Shown here: positions 47,849 to 57,372 of the stretch, one piece after another
How the letters are laid out: each line of letters begins with the position of its first letter
Position numbering within the stretch: the first letter of the stretch is position 1
NCBI GenBank assembly: GCA_036266155.1
Contig: DATANR010000134.1
Span: forward strand, 21,526-85,525
Reading direction: 5' to 3'
Length of the DNA: 64,000 nucleotides
From: Gemmataceae bacterium
GTDB lineage: Bacteria; Planctomycetota; Planctomycetia; Gemmatales; Gemmataceae
Position numbers and translations under genes: made by a program
Notes under the pieces: generated by a model
The model's input: the letters and a program-made list of their open reading frames with translations, nothing else
What the model was told of the DNA's origin: nothing
The model's database searches: none

Positions 47849-47868
47849 GAGCGCGTCTCCCGAGTGGG

Positions 47869-48873
47869 TTAGTTGTCCGAACCGAGAACGTACCGCGCGA
47901 AGTTCGCCAGGTCGTCGTTGCCGTCCTTGGTCTGGTACGGTGAGCCGCCCGGATAGTAGGTGGAGTTGTTGCCCGGCGTGCTGCCGGCGCCCGGCACGCG
48001 ATTGCGGCCCGGGCTGACGATCTGGTATTCCTGGGTCTGCATGTACTTGCCGTCTTTGCCGATGTGCGGATTCATGCCGCCGTAGCCGCCCACGTTGGTG
48101 AAGCCGCCGGCGCTCGCGCTGGGATTGAACACCGGCTGGTAGAGGCCGTAGTAGTAGTAATCGTTGCCGCTGCGCGAGCTGAAGTAGTAGTAGACCGATT
48201 CAGCAAGGTTGTTGTTGCTGTGCTTATCCCAGTACGGATCGTGGTAGTGGCCTTGCGAATCGATACGGTCAGGCTTGAAGTCGAGGAACGGGCCCTTGGC
48301 CTGGGCGCCGTTGGTCGGCGGGCCGGACTGGCCGCTCTGGACGTTGAACGGGTTCTGCGGCGAATTCAGGAAGCCGGTGCGCGTGCCAATCCAGTTCGCG
48401 CCGTTGAAGCCGTACGGCCGGGAGTCGCTCGGTGGAATGCCGCCCAGCAGGAACACCAACAGTTGGTTGCCGTCCAGGTAAATGTCCCCAGTGTTCGCCG
48501 GCAGCGGCGTGATCCCCGGCATGCCAGGCACGAAGGCCTTCGGCCACACCTTCGAATAGAAGTCGCGGCTATCCGCCAGCGCCGCGTTGAACTGGGCCAC
48601 GGTGGGGCCGCCCGGCGGCATCGTTGTGCGCGGATTGTAATTGCTTGACAGGATGAACGCCGTCGGGACGAACTTCACGTCGTACGTCGACTTGAAGTTC
48701 TCGATCGACGTGCCCAGTTCGCCGATTTCGGCTTTGCACCGGGCCCGTGTGGCCGCTTCGCGGACCTTTTGCACGGCCGGGAGCAGCAGGCCGATCAACA
48801 AGGAGATAATGGCCATCACCACCAACAACTCGATCAGGGTGAACCCGGATCGGCTCGCGTTTGCCCGTCGCAT
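47869..48873 (-). CDS. prepilin-type pilin with DUF1559-like N-terminus (candidate major subunit)
   Basis: 334 aa from [46 protein letters not shown] (cat 48871-48873). I did not see the H-X9-DG C-terminal motif of DUF1559. Confidence 0.8.
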   Translation of the reverse strand: MRRANASRSGFTLIELLVVMAIISLLIGLLLPAVQKVREAATRARCKAEIGELGTSIENFKSTYDVKFVPTAFILSSNYNPRTTMPPGGPTVAQFNAALADSRDFYSKVWPKAFVPGMPGITPLPANTGDIYLDGNQLLVFLLGGIPPSDSRPYGFNGANWIGTRTGFLNSPQNPFNVQSGQSGPPTNGAQAKGPFLDFKPDRIDSQGHYHDPYWDKHSNNNLAESVYYYFSSRSGNDYYYYGLYQPVFNPSASAGGFTNVGGYGGMNPHIGKDGKYMQTQEYQIVSPGRNRVPGAGSTPGNNSTYYPGGSPYQTKDGNDDLANFARYVLGSDN

Positions 48874-48933
48874 GGCAGGTCTCCCGTATGTGCCAGGGGC
48901 GTCCCCCCGGTCTTCCGCGTGAAGCATTATTCG

Positions 48934-50178
48934 CTACTTGCTCAAACCTTCCAAAAGTCCAAGCATCGGCAAAAACAAGGCCACAACGATGGTCCCAATG
49001 ATGCCGCCGAGCACGATGATCATGATCGGCTCCAGCAAACTAATCAAGCTCTTGACAGCTGTATCCACTTCCTCGTCGTAAAAGTCTGCAATTTTGTATA
49101 GCATCGTGTCGAGGTCGCCGGTCTCCTCACCGACCTCGACCATGTTCGTCACCATGTCGTCAACCAAGCGCGACTCGCGGAGCGGGTCGGCAATCGTGTC
49201 GCCCTCGCGGATCGACTCGTAAACCCGCTGGAACATCCGCTCGAAAACCGCGTTGTTCGATGTCTCGCGGACGATCGCCAGCGATTCCAGAATCGGCACG
49301 CCGGAAGAAACCAGCGTACCTAACGTCCGCATTGTGCGTGCCACGACCGTTTTTTCGACGATCTTGCCGATAATCGGCACCCACAGCAGCATTCGATCCA
49401 AAGCATAGTTCCCGGCCCGGCTCAGGCGGATCAATTTCATCAACAACCAGAGCCCGAGCGGCACCAGCGGCAGGCTCCACCAATATTTCGAGCACCACAT
49501 CGAAACGTCGATGAGGAATTGCGTCAGTTCCGGCAGCTTGAGCCCGAACTCGCGGAAGATCTTTTCGAACTTCGGGATGATGGCCACCATGATGAAGATC
49601 AAGATGCCGACGGCGGCCGTGATAACGACGGCTGGGTAAACCATGGCCCCGATGACTTTGCGCTTGAGCGTCTGGCTCTTTTCCTTGAACTCGGCCAGGC
49701 GCTTCATGATCGTTTCGAGAGCACCGCCGGCCTCACCCGCCTTGACCATGTTCACGTAGAGTCGATCGAATGCCCGCGGATGCTTGCCGAGCGCCTCGGA
49801 CAGCGTGCTGCCGGATTCGACGTCCTCGACCACGTCGATCAGCGCGTTCTTGAGAGCGCTTGGCCGCATTTGTTTTTCGAGAATGCGCAACCCGCGGAGC
49901 AGCGGCAGACCGGCGTCCTGGAGAATGGAGAATTGACGCGTAAAGAGCACGAGGTGCTTGGTCTTCACACCGCCGATGACGAAGGTCTTCTTGGACTTCT
50001 TGTAACCGGCTTTCTTCTTCTTGCCCTTCTGCTTGCCACCGCCCACCGCGGTGAGCTTGGTGACGAAGTAGCCCATCTGCTTGATTTTCTGTTGCGCCTC
50101 TTCTTCGTTGGTTGCCTCGATCTCGTCCTTCACCTCTTCCCCGGAGGTGTCCATCGCTTCGAATTTATAAGCTGGCAT
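48934..50178 (-). CDS. type II secretion system F / PilC family platform protein
   Basis: 414 aa. MPAYKFEAMDTSGEEVKDEIEATNEEEAQQKIKQMGYFV. Two GspF repeats and three TM regions. Confidence 0.9.
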   Translation of the reverse strand: MPAYKFEAMDTSGEEVKDEIEATNEEEAQQKIKQMGYFVTKLTAVGGGKQKGKKKKAGYKKSKKTFVIGGVKTKHLVLFTRQFSILQDAGLPLLRGLRILEKQMRPSALKNALIDVVEDVESGSTLSEALGKHPRAFDRLYVNMVKAGEAGGALETIMKRLAEFKEKSQTLKRKVIGAMVYPAVVITAAVGILIFIMVAIIPKFEKIFREFGLKLPELTQFLIDVSMWCSKYWWSLPLVPLGLWLLMKLIRLSRAGNYALDRMLLWVPIIGKIVEKTVVARTMRTLGTLVSSGVPILESLAIVRETSNNAVFERMFQRVYESIREGDTIADPLRESRLVDDMVTNMVEVGEETGDLDTMLYKIADFYDEEVDTAVKSLISLLEPIMIIVLGGIIGTIVVALFLPMLGLLEGLSK

Positions 50179-50349
50179 GTCAGGCTCTCCGGGCGGTCAG
50201 CGAAGGTCGTTGATCGGCGAACAGTCATTAATCTGCAACACGATACGTCTGGACCTCAAACGATCCAAAAACTCGGGCGGAGGCCCGGATACGCAAGAAA
50301 CCATGTATTTGCCCTGAAAGGGCACATTCACCCATTCGATTCCCGACTT

Positions 50350-52314
50350 TCAACTCTCATCCTCAAGGATGGTCTCCCGCACCACTTCATCCACAGTCGT
50401 GACCCCGGAATACAAGGCATCCAGGCCGCGTTCACGCAAGCCTTTAGTTCCCTTGGAACGGGCGTATGCTCGCAGTTGGTCTGTCGACGCCCCCTTGGAC
50501 ACCATGTCCCGGATGTCGTCGTTCATGATCAGGAACTCATAAATGCCGGTCCGGCCCTTGAAGCCGAGGTTGTTGCACTTGTCGCAACCTTCGCCGAAGA
50601 AGAACTTTTTGCCGCGCACGTCTTCCGGCTTCAGGTTCAACTCCATGAGTTGATCGCGGCTCGGCTCGAATTCGGTCTTGCAGATGGGGCAAATCCGCCG
50701 CACCAGTCGTTGGGCGAGAATGCCTTCCACCGTGGCCGTGATAAGAAACGGCTCGACGCCCATGTCGCGCAGGCGGGTGATCGAGCCTGGCGCGTCGTTT
50801 GTGTGCAGCGTGCTGAACACCATGTGCCCGGTGAGCGAGGCCTGGATGGCGATCTGGGCCGTTTCCAGGTCACGGATCTCGCCGACGAGGATCCGATCCG
50901 GGTCCTGCCGCAGAATGGCACGCAGGGCGCTGGCGAACGTCAAGTCGATGTCGGAATTGATCTGGCACTGAATGAGGCCGTCGATTTCGTACTCGACCGG
51001 ATCTTCCGTCGTGATGACCTTGTCGGTGATCTCGTTCAACTCGGAGAGCGCCGAGTAGAGCGTGGTCGTCTTGCCGGCGCCGGTCGGCCCGGTCACCAGG
51101 GTGATGCCGTTCGGCTTGTGCATCACCGCGCGGAAATCTTGCAAAATGTCCTGCGGCATCCCGATCTTTTCGAGATCGAGGCCGACGCGGCCCTTGTCGA
51201 GAACGCGGATGACGATCGATTCGCCGAACATGGTGGGCAACACGCTGACGCGCATGTCGACCGTGGCGCCGCCGATGTTCAGCTCGATGCGCCCGTCCTG
51301 CGGCAAGCGCCGCTCGGCAATGTCCAGGTTGGACATGACCTTGATACGCGAGCTGATGGCGGTCGCGAGGTGTCGCGGCGGCGGGACCATTTCGTAGAGC
51401 ACACCGTCGCAGCGATAACGCATCTTGTATTCGTCTTCGAACGGCTCGAAGTGAATGTCGGACGCGTGGTCCTTGATGCCCATCAGGAGCACCATGTTGA
51501 CCAGCTTGCGGACCGGGGCCGCGTTGGCCATTTCTTCGACGGACGCGATGTCGATCGACGTTTCGCGCTTGCCGTAGCCCAGGTCGACGTCCGTCGCCAT
51601 TGCGTTAATGATGTCGGCGATCGACTCTTCCTTCGTGGTCGAATAGGCCTTAGTCAGGGCCGCGTCGATCTTCGACCGCGGTGCAAGCTGAGCGACCACC
51701 TGGCGAATGCCAAGCATGTTGCGCAAGTCGTCCAGCGCCATCAAGTTGTTCGGGTCTGACATGACCACCGTCAGGACGTCTGCCTCCATCTTCAAAGGCA
51801 GCATCTTGTACAGTTCGGACATGTTCTGCGGGACGGCCTTCATGGCCTCCGGCGTCGGCTTGACTTCGTCCAGATTGACGAGCGCCATACCGTGCAATTC
51901 GGCCGTGGCGGTGAGGAGCTGGTCTTCGTTGATGAGCCCGCGATCCATCGCAATCTTGTCGACTTGCGAATCGGTCTGCCGAGCTTCCTCCTCGATCGAT
52001 TCGAGCTGCCCGTCGTCGATGAAACCGAGGTCGACGAGGATGACGCCGATCGTACGAACCGCCGGCTTTTCCTTCTTCTTCGGCGCGGGCTTGGGTGCAG
52101 GCTTCGGCGCCGGCTTGGCCGGCTCCGCAGGCTTCGCCGGTGGCTTACCCGCTTGCGGCGTAGCGGGCTGCGGCTTCGCTGGTTGAGCCGCTTGCGGCTT
52201 CGCGGGCGGGGCAGGCTGAGCGCCGGCCGGCTTGGCAGGTTGCTGGCCCGCCGGCTTCGCGGGCTGCCCTGGTTGGGCGGGCTTCTTCGGATCGTTCGGA
52301 GTCGGTGTGGCCAT
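50350..52314 (-). CDS. GspE/PilB-family assembly ATPase with ~85-aa Pro/Ala/Lys-rich N-terminal extension
   Basis: 654 aa from MATPTPNDPKKPAQPGQ (cat 52312-52314). T2SSE_N-like domain. Walker A GPTGAGKTTT. Asp and His boxes. Tetra-Cys CPICK..CDKC. Confidence 0.9.
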   Translation of the reverse strand: MATPTPNDPKKPAQPGQPAKPAGQQPAKPAGAQPAPPAKPQAAQPAKPQPATPQAGKPPAKPAEPAKPAPKPAPKPAPKKKEKPAVRTIGVILVDLGFIDDGQLESIEEEARQTDSQVDKIAMDRGLINEDQLLTATAELHGMALVNLDEVKPTPEAMKAVPQNMSELYKMLPLKMEADVLTVVMSDPNNLMALDDLRNMLGIRQVVAQLAPRSKIDAALTKAYSTTKEESIADIINAMATDVDLGYGKRETSIDIASVEEMANAAPVRKLVNMVLLMGIKDHASDIHFEPFEDEYKMRYRCDGVLYEMVPPPRHLATAISSRIKVMSNLDIAERRLPQDGRIELNIGGATVDMRVSVLPTMFGESIVIRVLDKGRVGLDLEKIGMPQDILQDFRAVMHKPNGITLVTGPTGAGKTTTLYSALSELNEITDKVITTEDPVEYEIDGLIQCQINSDIDLTFASALRAILRQDPDRILVGEIRDLETAQIAIQASLTGHMVFSTLHTNDAPGSITRLRDMGVEPFLITATVEGILAQRLVRRICPICKTEFEPSRDQLMELNLKPEDVRGKKFFFGEGCDKCNNLGFKGRTGIYEFLIMNDDIRDMVSKGASTDQLRAYARSKGTKGLRERGLDALYSGVTTVDEVVRETILEDES

Positions 52315-52373
52315 ATCGAATAAAACCGCTGGTATTTGAGTGAGGAACGGGCGACCGTCGTTCGGTCGAAACA

Positions 52374-53549
52374 CTACTTCCGCCGCCGCCGACGATCGTC
52401 CTCGTCATCATCCTCTTCGTCTTCGTAATCCTCGTCCTCGTCTTCCTCCTCGTACTCGTCCTCGGCCTCTTCGAGACCACGCTCGACGGCCGCGATCTTC
52501 GCCGCCAGTTCGGACGGTTTCTTGGCCTTGAGCAGGATTTCTTCCTTGTCCACCAGACCATTCTTCCACAAGCCGAACAGGTTGTCGTCGAGCAAAAACA
52601 TGCCGTATTTACGGCCGGTCTGGATCGACGAGTCGATGCGGTAAACCTTGTTTTCGCGGATGAGGTTCTGGATGGCATCCGTCACCACCATCATCTCGAA
52701 GGCCGCCACCAGTCCTTCGGGCTTCTTGGGCAGGATCGCCTGTGACAGCACACCGATCAGGGCGGTGGAAAGCTGCGTGCGGACCTGATCCTGTTGGTCC
52801 TTCGGGAAGACGTCGATGATTCGGTTGATGGTGGAAGCGGCGCCGGAGGTGTGCAGCGTGCCGAACACGATGTGGCCGGTTTCCGCGGCTTCGATGGCCG
52901 CGTGGATCGTGGCCAAGTCACGCATTTCGCCGACGAGGATGATGTCGGGGTCCATTCGCATGGCCCGGCGAATTCCTTCCTTGAAGTCGGGGACGTCGAC
53001 GCCGATTTCACGCTGATTGACCGTGCACTTCTTGTGTTTATGCTGGTATTCGATTGGGTCTTCCAACGTGACCACGTGCCGATCGTAGTTGTCGTTGATG
53101 AAGTTGATCATGCTCGCCAGGGTGGTCGTCTTGCCCGACCCGGTGGGGCCCGTGACCAGAATCAACCCGCGTGGTCGCACAATCAGCGAGCGAATCGCCT
53201 CGGGCATGCCGATCTGCTCGAACGTCAAGAACTGACTCGGAATGCGCCGGAGGACCATGCCGATCGAACCGCGCTGCTTGAAGATCGCGCAGCGGAAACG
53301 AACGCCCTCGAGATATTCGATGGCAAAGTCGGCGCCGCCTACCTCCTGAAGTTCTTGCTGGCACCGGTCCGGCGTGATGGCCTTCATCAAGGCGGTGGTG
53401 TCGTCGTTGTCGAGGCTTTTGGCTTCGAGCCGGCGCAGTCGTCCGTGATGGCGAATGACCGGCGGCTGGCCGACGGCGACGTGAAGGTCGCTCGCCTTCA
53501 ACTGAATGACCGTGGCCAGAAGTTTGTCGATCTGAAGAGACGAAGCCAC
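52374..53549 (-). CDS. pilT: type IV pilus retraction ATPase PilT with acidic C-terminal tail
   Basis: 391 aa. GTG start. GLILVTGPTGSGKTTT, DPDIILVGEMRD and GHIVFGTLHT motifs. Tail EEAEDEYEEEDEDEDYEDEEDDDEDDRRRRRK. Confidence 0.9.
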   Translation of the reverse strand: MASSLQIDKLLATVIQLKASDLHVAVGQPPVIRHHGRLRRLEAKSLDNDDTTALMKAITPDRCQQELQEVGGADFAIEYLEGVRFRCAIFKQRGSIGMVLRRIPSQFLTFEQIGMPEAIRSLIVRPRGLILVTGPTGSGKTTTLASMINFINDNYDRHVVTLEDPIEYQHKHKKCTVNQREIGVDVPDFKEGIRRAMRMDPDIILVGEMRDLATIHAAIEAAETGHIVFGTLHTSGAASTINRIIDVFPKDQQDQVRTQLSTALIGVLSQAILPKKPEGLVAAFEMMVVTDAIQNLIRENKVYRIDSSIQTGRKYGMFLLDDNLFGLWKNGLVDKEEILLKAKKPSELAAKIAAVERGLEEAEDEYEEEDEDEDYEDEEDDDEDDRRRRRK

Positions 53550-53692
53550 GTTGTTCTCCCCTGTCTGGCAGTCGGCCTCCCGTTCGTTGCGGGAGGGATA
53601 AAGTCGATCACCGTCCGACCAGGGTCAGGGTATTTCGGGCGCAAACTCCTGTCACGCCCGAATTATGCCCCGCGCCTGGACTTCGGCCAAAA

Positions 53693-55429
53693 CTACTTGG
53701 TCGCCTTGCCCACGCTGGCAAGCTCCGCCGCCTCCGCGTGGCACGTACTCAACACTTCTTCCAGGGTCGTCGTCCCCTTGAGCACTTTCAGCATCCCATC
53801 CTCCAGCAGGTTCCGCATGCCGTTTTGGCGGGCTATGCGGCGAATCTGCTGGGCGGGCGCCTGAGTGAACGTCAGTTCACGGATAACGGATGTCAGCTTC
53901 ATCATCTCAAAGATGCCCAGCCGACCGCGATAGCCTGATTGATTGCAGTGCGCGCAGCCAGTGCCACGCATGAAGGTCGCCTTGGCCAGCGCTTCGGGCT
54001 TGATGCCAGCCGATCGAATTTCCCCATCGGATGGCTTGTAAGGCTTCTTGCATTTCACGCAATTCACGCGCACCAATCGCTGGGCCATGATCGCGATCAC
54101 GGAGGATGCAATCAAGAACGGTTGGACACCAATATCAGCGAGGCGGGTAATAGCAGAGGGCGCGTCGTTCGTGTGAAGTGTACTGAATACCAAGTGTCCA
54201 GTCAAAGAAGCCTGTACCGCGATCTCAGCTGTCTCCTTGTCGCGAATCTCGCCGACGAGGATGATGTTCGGCGCTTGCCGCAACATCGCTCGAATGATCC
54301 GCTGAAAGTCCAAGCCAATTTGGTGCTTCACCTCGACCTGATTGATGCCCGGCAAGTAATACTCAACCGGGTCCTCGGCGGTGATGATCTTCCGATCTGG
54401 CCGGTTCAACTCGTTGAGCGCCGCATACAGCGTGGTTGTCTTGCCCGACCCTGTCGGCCCGGTGACCAAGAAGATGCCGTTCGGACGCTTGATGATTTGT
54501 TGGAACTTCACATAGTCGTCTTCACCGAAACCGAGATCGCGGATAGATACTTGGATGCTGCCACGATCAAGAATGCGCATGACCGTTCCCTGGCCATGCA
54601 CTGTCGGCAAGAGACTCACACGAAGATCGAAGTGTCGACCCTGGATATTGATCTTGATACGACCGTCCTGAGGTCGCCGCTTCTCGGCGATGTCGATCGA
54701 GGCCATGATCTTGAAACGCGAGGTCATCGATGCGAACAACCGACGCGGCACCGCATCGCGTTCAACCAGCACCCCGTCAATTCGGTAACGCACCCGGACG
54801 CGATCCGCGAACGGTTCAATGTGAATGTCAGAGGCGCGCTGGGCGACCGCTTCCTGAATGATGAGGTTGCAGAGTTTTACCACCGGCGCGTCAGAATAAT
54901 CGTCTTCTGCCGCTTGTTTCGACGCTTCCGTCTGCGTGAAGTCGATGGCGGTATCTGTAAATTCGACCAGCATCGAGTCCATCGACTCGGTTTCGGTCTG
55001 ACCGTAGTGCCGGTTGATCGCCTCACGGATCTGCTCGTGGTCGGCCAGAACCGGCTGGACGTCCTTGTTCAGAATGAACGTGAGTTTCTGGATAACGTCG
55101 TAGTTGGTCGGGTCCGATGTAATCACCTTGAGGACGTTGCCCTCGAGCGCCAGTGGAAGCACCACGTTTTCGCGAGCCACCGACTCGGGCACCAATTCGA
55201 TGACCGCCTTGGGGATTTCAACTTCCTCCAGGTTCACGAACTGGAGGTTGTGGAACTCAGCGATCGCCCCCATGACCTCGGCCTGGGTGGCGTAATTCAA
55301 CTTGACCAGGGCTTCCTGAAGCTTGATGCCCGTGCCGCTCGCCAGGCCCTCGGCCTCGGCCAGCTGATCGGGCCCGACCGTACCATTACGGATCAAGATG
55401 TCGAGAAAGTCACCGCGCGCTTTGGCCAT
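53693..55429 (-). CDS. GspE/PilB-family assembly ATPase
   Basis: 578 aa. T2SSE_N domain. GPTGSGKTTT. CVKCK..CAHC zinc motif. Confidence 0.9.
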   Translation of the reverse strand: MAKARGDFLDILIRNGTVGPDQLAEAEGLASGTGIKLQEALVKLNYATQAEVMGAIAEFHNLQFVNLEEVEIPKAVIELVPESVARENVVLPLALEGNVLKVITSDPTNYDVIQKLTFILNKDVQPVLADHEQIREAINRHYGQTETESMDSMLVEFTDTAIDFTQTEASKQAAEDDYSDAPVVKLCNLIIQEAVAQRASDIHIEPFADRVRVRYRIDGVLVERDAVPRRLFASMTSRFKIMASIDIAEKRRPQDGRIKINIQGRHFDLRVSLLPTVHGQGTVMRILDRGSIQVSIRDLGFGEDDYVKFQQIIKRPNGIFLVTGPTGSGKTTTLYAALNELNRPDRKIITAEDPVEYYLPGINQVEVKHQIGLDFQRIIRAMLRQAPNIILVGEIRDKETAEIAVQASLTGHLVFSTLHTNDAPSAITRLADIGVQPFLIASSVIAIMAQRLVRVNCVKCKKPYKPSDGEIRSAGIKPEALAKATFMRGTGCAHCNQSGYRGRLGIFEMMKLTSVIRELTFTQAPAQQIRRIARQNGMRNLLEDGMLKVLKGTTTLEEVLSTCHAEAAELASVGKATK

Positions 55430-55622
55430 GAGTCTGGCTCCAGGAAAATAGGCGGATACGGGTATCGGTCATGTCGACCGGCAGGTTGGACGGGAATGGG
55501 CCGACCTTTGGCCAAAGGCGAACCGGCGGATGACGAACGTCATTGGGACCTGAACAGCAACGTTGGCGAAGGTTCGAGAGGTCTGTGATGGTGGTAAGGT
55601 ACGCGGTCGCACGAGCTTCATG

Positions 55623-55655
55623 CAAGAGAAAAATGCCCGGAATTCGCGCCGGGCA
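55623..55655 (-). terminator. intrinsic-terminator-like hairpin + U-tract in the leader, ~200 nt upstream of the first pilus ATPase gene
   Basis: Minus strand: tgcccgg-cgcgaatt-ccgggca followed by TTTTTCTCTT (plus-strand stems at 55634-55640 and 55649-55655, A-run at 55625-55633). Confidence 0.5.
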
Positions 55656-55808
55656 CGGGAAACACCCGCCTTACCTGCACCGATCGACTACCGTCTATTG
55701 TGCCGGGTTCGACACGTACCAAGTGTCTGCGACGGGGCTTCGCCCGCGCGATCGAAATGCTATAACAACAATCTCGCCATCCGCCGCCTCTCCTATTGAT
55801 CCAACACG

Positions 55809-57368
55809 ATGCACACGCACTTCACGACTTTCGCCGCTGCTCTAACGTTGCCCGCTTTCCTTGTCGCCCAACCGGCCGCCAAGGATGCGCCCTCTCCGGG
55901 CGCGAAGATCAGCTACTACAAGGATGTTCGGCCCATCTTCCAGCAGCACTGCCAGGGCTGTCATCAGCCGGCCAAGCCGGGCGGCGGGTTTGTCATGACC
56001 TCCTTCCCGGACCTCTTTAGGGCCGGCGACAGCGACATGCCGGGCGTCGTTGCCGGCAAGCCGCAAGACAGCTTGCTTGTTAAGTTGCTGCATGAAGTGA
56101 AGGGGCGGGCCCAGATGCCCAAGGGCAAGGACCCGTTGCCGGAGCCGCAAATCAAGTTAATCGCCGACTGGGTCGCTCAGGGCGCGGCGGACGATACGCC
56201 TGAGTCGGCACGCGCACCGCTTGTCGATGCCGCACATCCGCCGACTTACGAACTGTTGCCGGTCCTCACGGCCGTCGCTTTCTCACCCGACGGCCAACTC
56301 CTGGCCGTCTCCGGTTACCACGAAGTGCTGCTCCACCGGGGCGACGGTTCCGGGCTGGCCGGTCGATTGATCGGTCTTTCCGAACGCATTCAATCGATCG
56401 CCTTCTCGCCCGACGGCAAGACACTGGCCGTGTCCGGCGGCGATCCCGGCCGATTCGGCGAAATCCAGCTCTGGGACGTCGCCAAGAAAACGCTGCGCCT
56501 GTCGATCCCACTGTCGTTTGACACCGTTTACGGCGTGAGCTGGTCACCGGACAACAAACTCGTCGCCTGCGGATGTGCCGACAACACGGTGCGGGCCTTC
56601 GACGCCGAGACCGGGAAGCAGGTTCTCTTTCAGGGCGCGCACTCCGACTGGGTCATGTCGACCGCGTTTTCGCAAGACGGCCAGCATCTCGTCTCGATCA
56701 GCCGGGATCGCTCCGTGAAGCTGACAGAGGTGCCGACCAACCGCTTCATCGACAACGTGACGAGCATCACGCCCGGTGCACTCAAGGGCGGCCTGCTCGC
56801 GCTCGACGTCCGACCAGCGAAGGACCCGAAGCCGGAGATCGCATCCAAGGTGGCGCTGGCGGCGGGGCAACCGCGGATCCCGGGCAACCTCGGCGCGCTC
56901 GCGCTGGCGGCCGTTCCACCGAAGAAGCGGATGACGGTGATCCCGCCCGACGCCAAGGACGTGCCGGCCAAGGTGTACGACGAACTCCTCTTTGCCGGCG
57001 CCGACGGCGTCCCGCGGCTGTACAAGATGCACCGCGAGGTCAAACGCGTGATTGGCGACGACGCGAACAAACTGCGTGAATACGAAAAGATGCCCGGCCG
57101 GATCTATGCGGTCGCCTTCGACAAGACAGGCCGCTACTTCGTCGCCGGCAGCAGCCTCGACGGGACGGGCGAAGCCCGCGTGTTTGAAGTCGACACCGCC
57201 AAGCGCGTCTCGTTATTCGAAGGCGTGAAGACCCCCGTCTACTCAGTCGCCTTCCGCCCGGACGGCAAGCTGGTCGCCACCGCCGGCTTCGACGGCGTCG
57301 TGCGTCTCTCGGACCCGATGACGGGGAAGTTAGCGAAGGAGTTCGTGCCGGTGCCGGAGAAGAAGTAG
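55809..57368 (+). CDS. planctomycete cytochrome c (PSCyt1-type) domain + WD40 repeat protein
   Basis: 519 aa. Signal peptide. YYKDVRPIFQQHCQGCHQPAKPGGGF contains CxxCH. WD40 blades [47 protein letters not shown] and FRPDGKLVATAGFDGVVRL. Confidence 0.85.
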   Translation: MHTHFTTFAAALTLPAFLVAQPAAKDAPSPGAKISYYKDVRPIFQQHCQGCHQPAKPGGGFVMTSFPDLFRAGDSDMPGVVAGKPQDSLLVKLLHEVKGRAQMPKGKDPLPEPQIKLIADWVAQGAADDTPESARAPLVDAAHPPTYELLPVLTAVAFSPDGQLLAVSGYHEVLLHRGDGSGLAGRLIGLSERIQSIAFSPDGKTLAVSGGDPGRFGEIQLWDVAKKTLRLSIPLSFDTVYGVSWSPDNKLVACGCADNTVRAFDAETGKQVLFQGAHSDWVMSTAFSQDGQHLVSISRDRSVKLTEVPTNRFIDNVTSITPGALKGGLLALDVRPAKDPKPEIASKVALAAGQPRIPGNLGALALAAVPPKKRMTVIPPDAKDVPAKVYDELLFAGADGVPRLYKMHREVKRVIGDDANKLREYEKMPGRIYAVAFDKTGRYFVAGSSLDGTGEARVFEVDTAKRVSLFEGVKTPVYSVAFRPDGKLVATAGFDGVVRLSDPMTGKLAKEFVPVPEKK

Positions 57369-57372
57369 TTTT

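Noticed and set aside
55430-55808. c-di-GMP (GEMM-type) riboswitch in the pilus operon leader.
   Set aside because: I could not find the conserved GEMM-I elements as I remember them (paired hairpins with a GNRA tetraloop and receptor, ACGCACAGGGCAAACC-like core). Only the terminator-like hairpin is supported. This needs a covariance-model scan.
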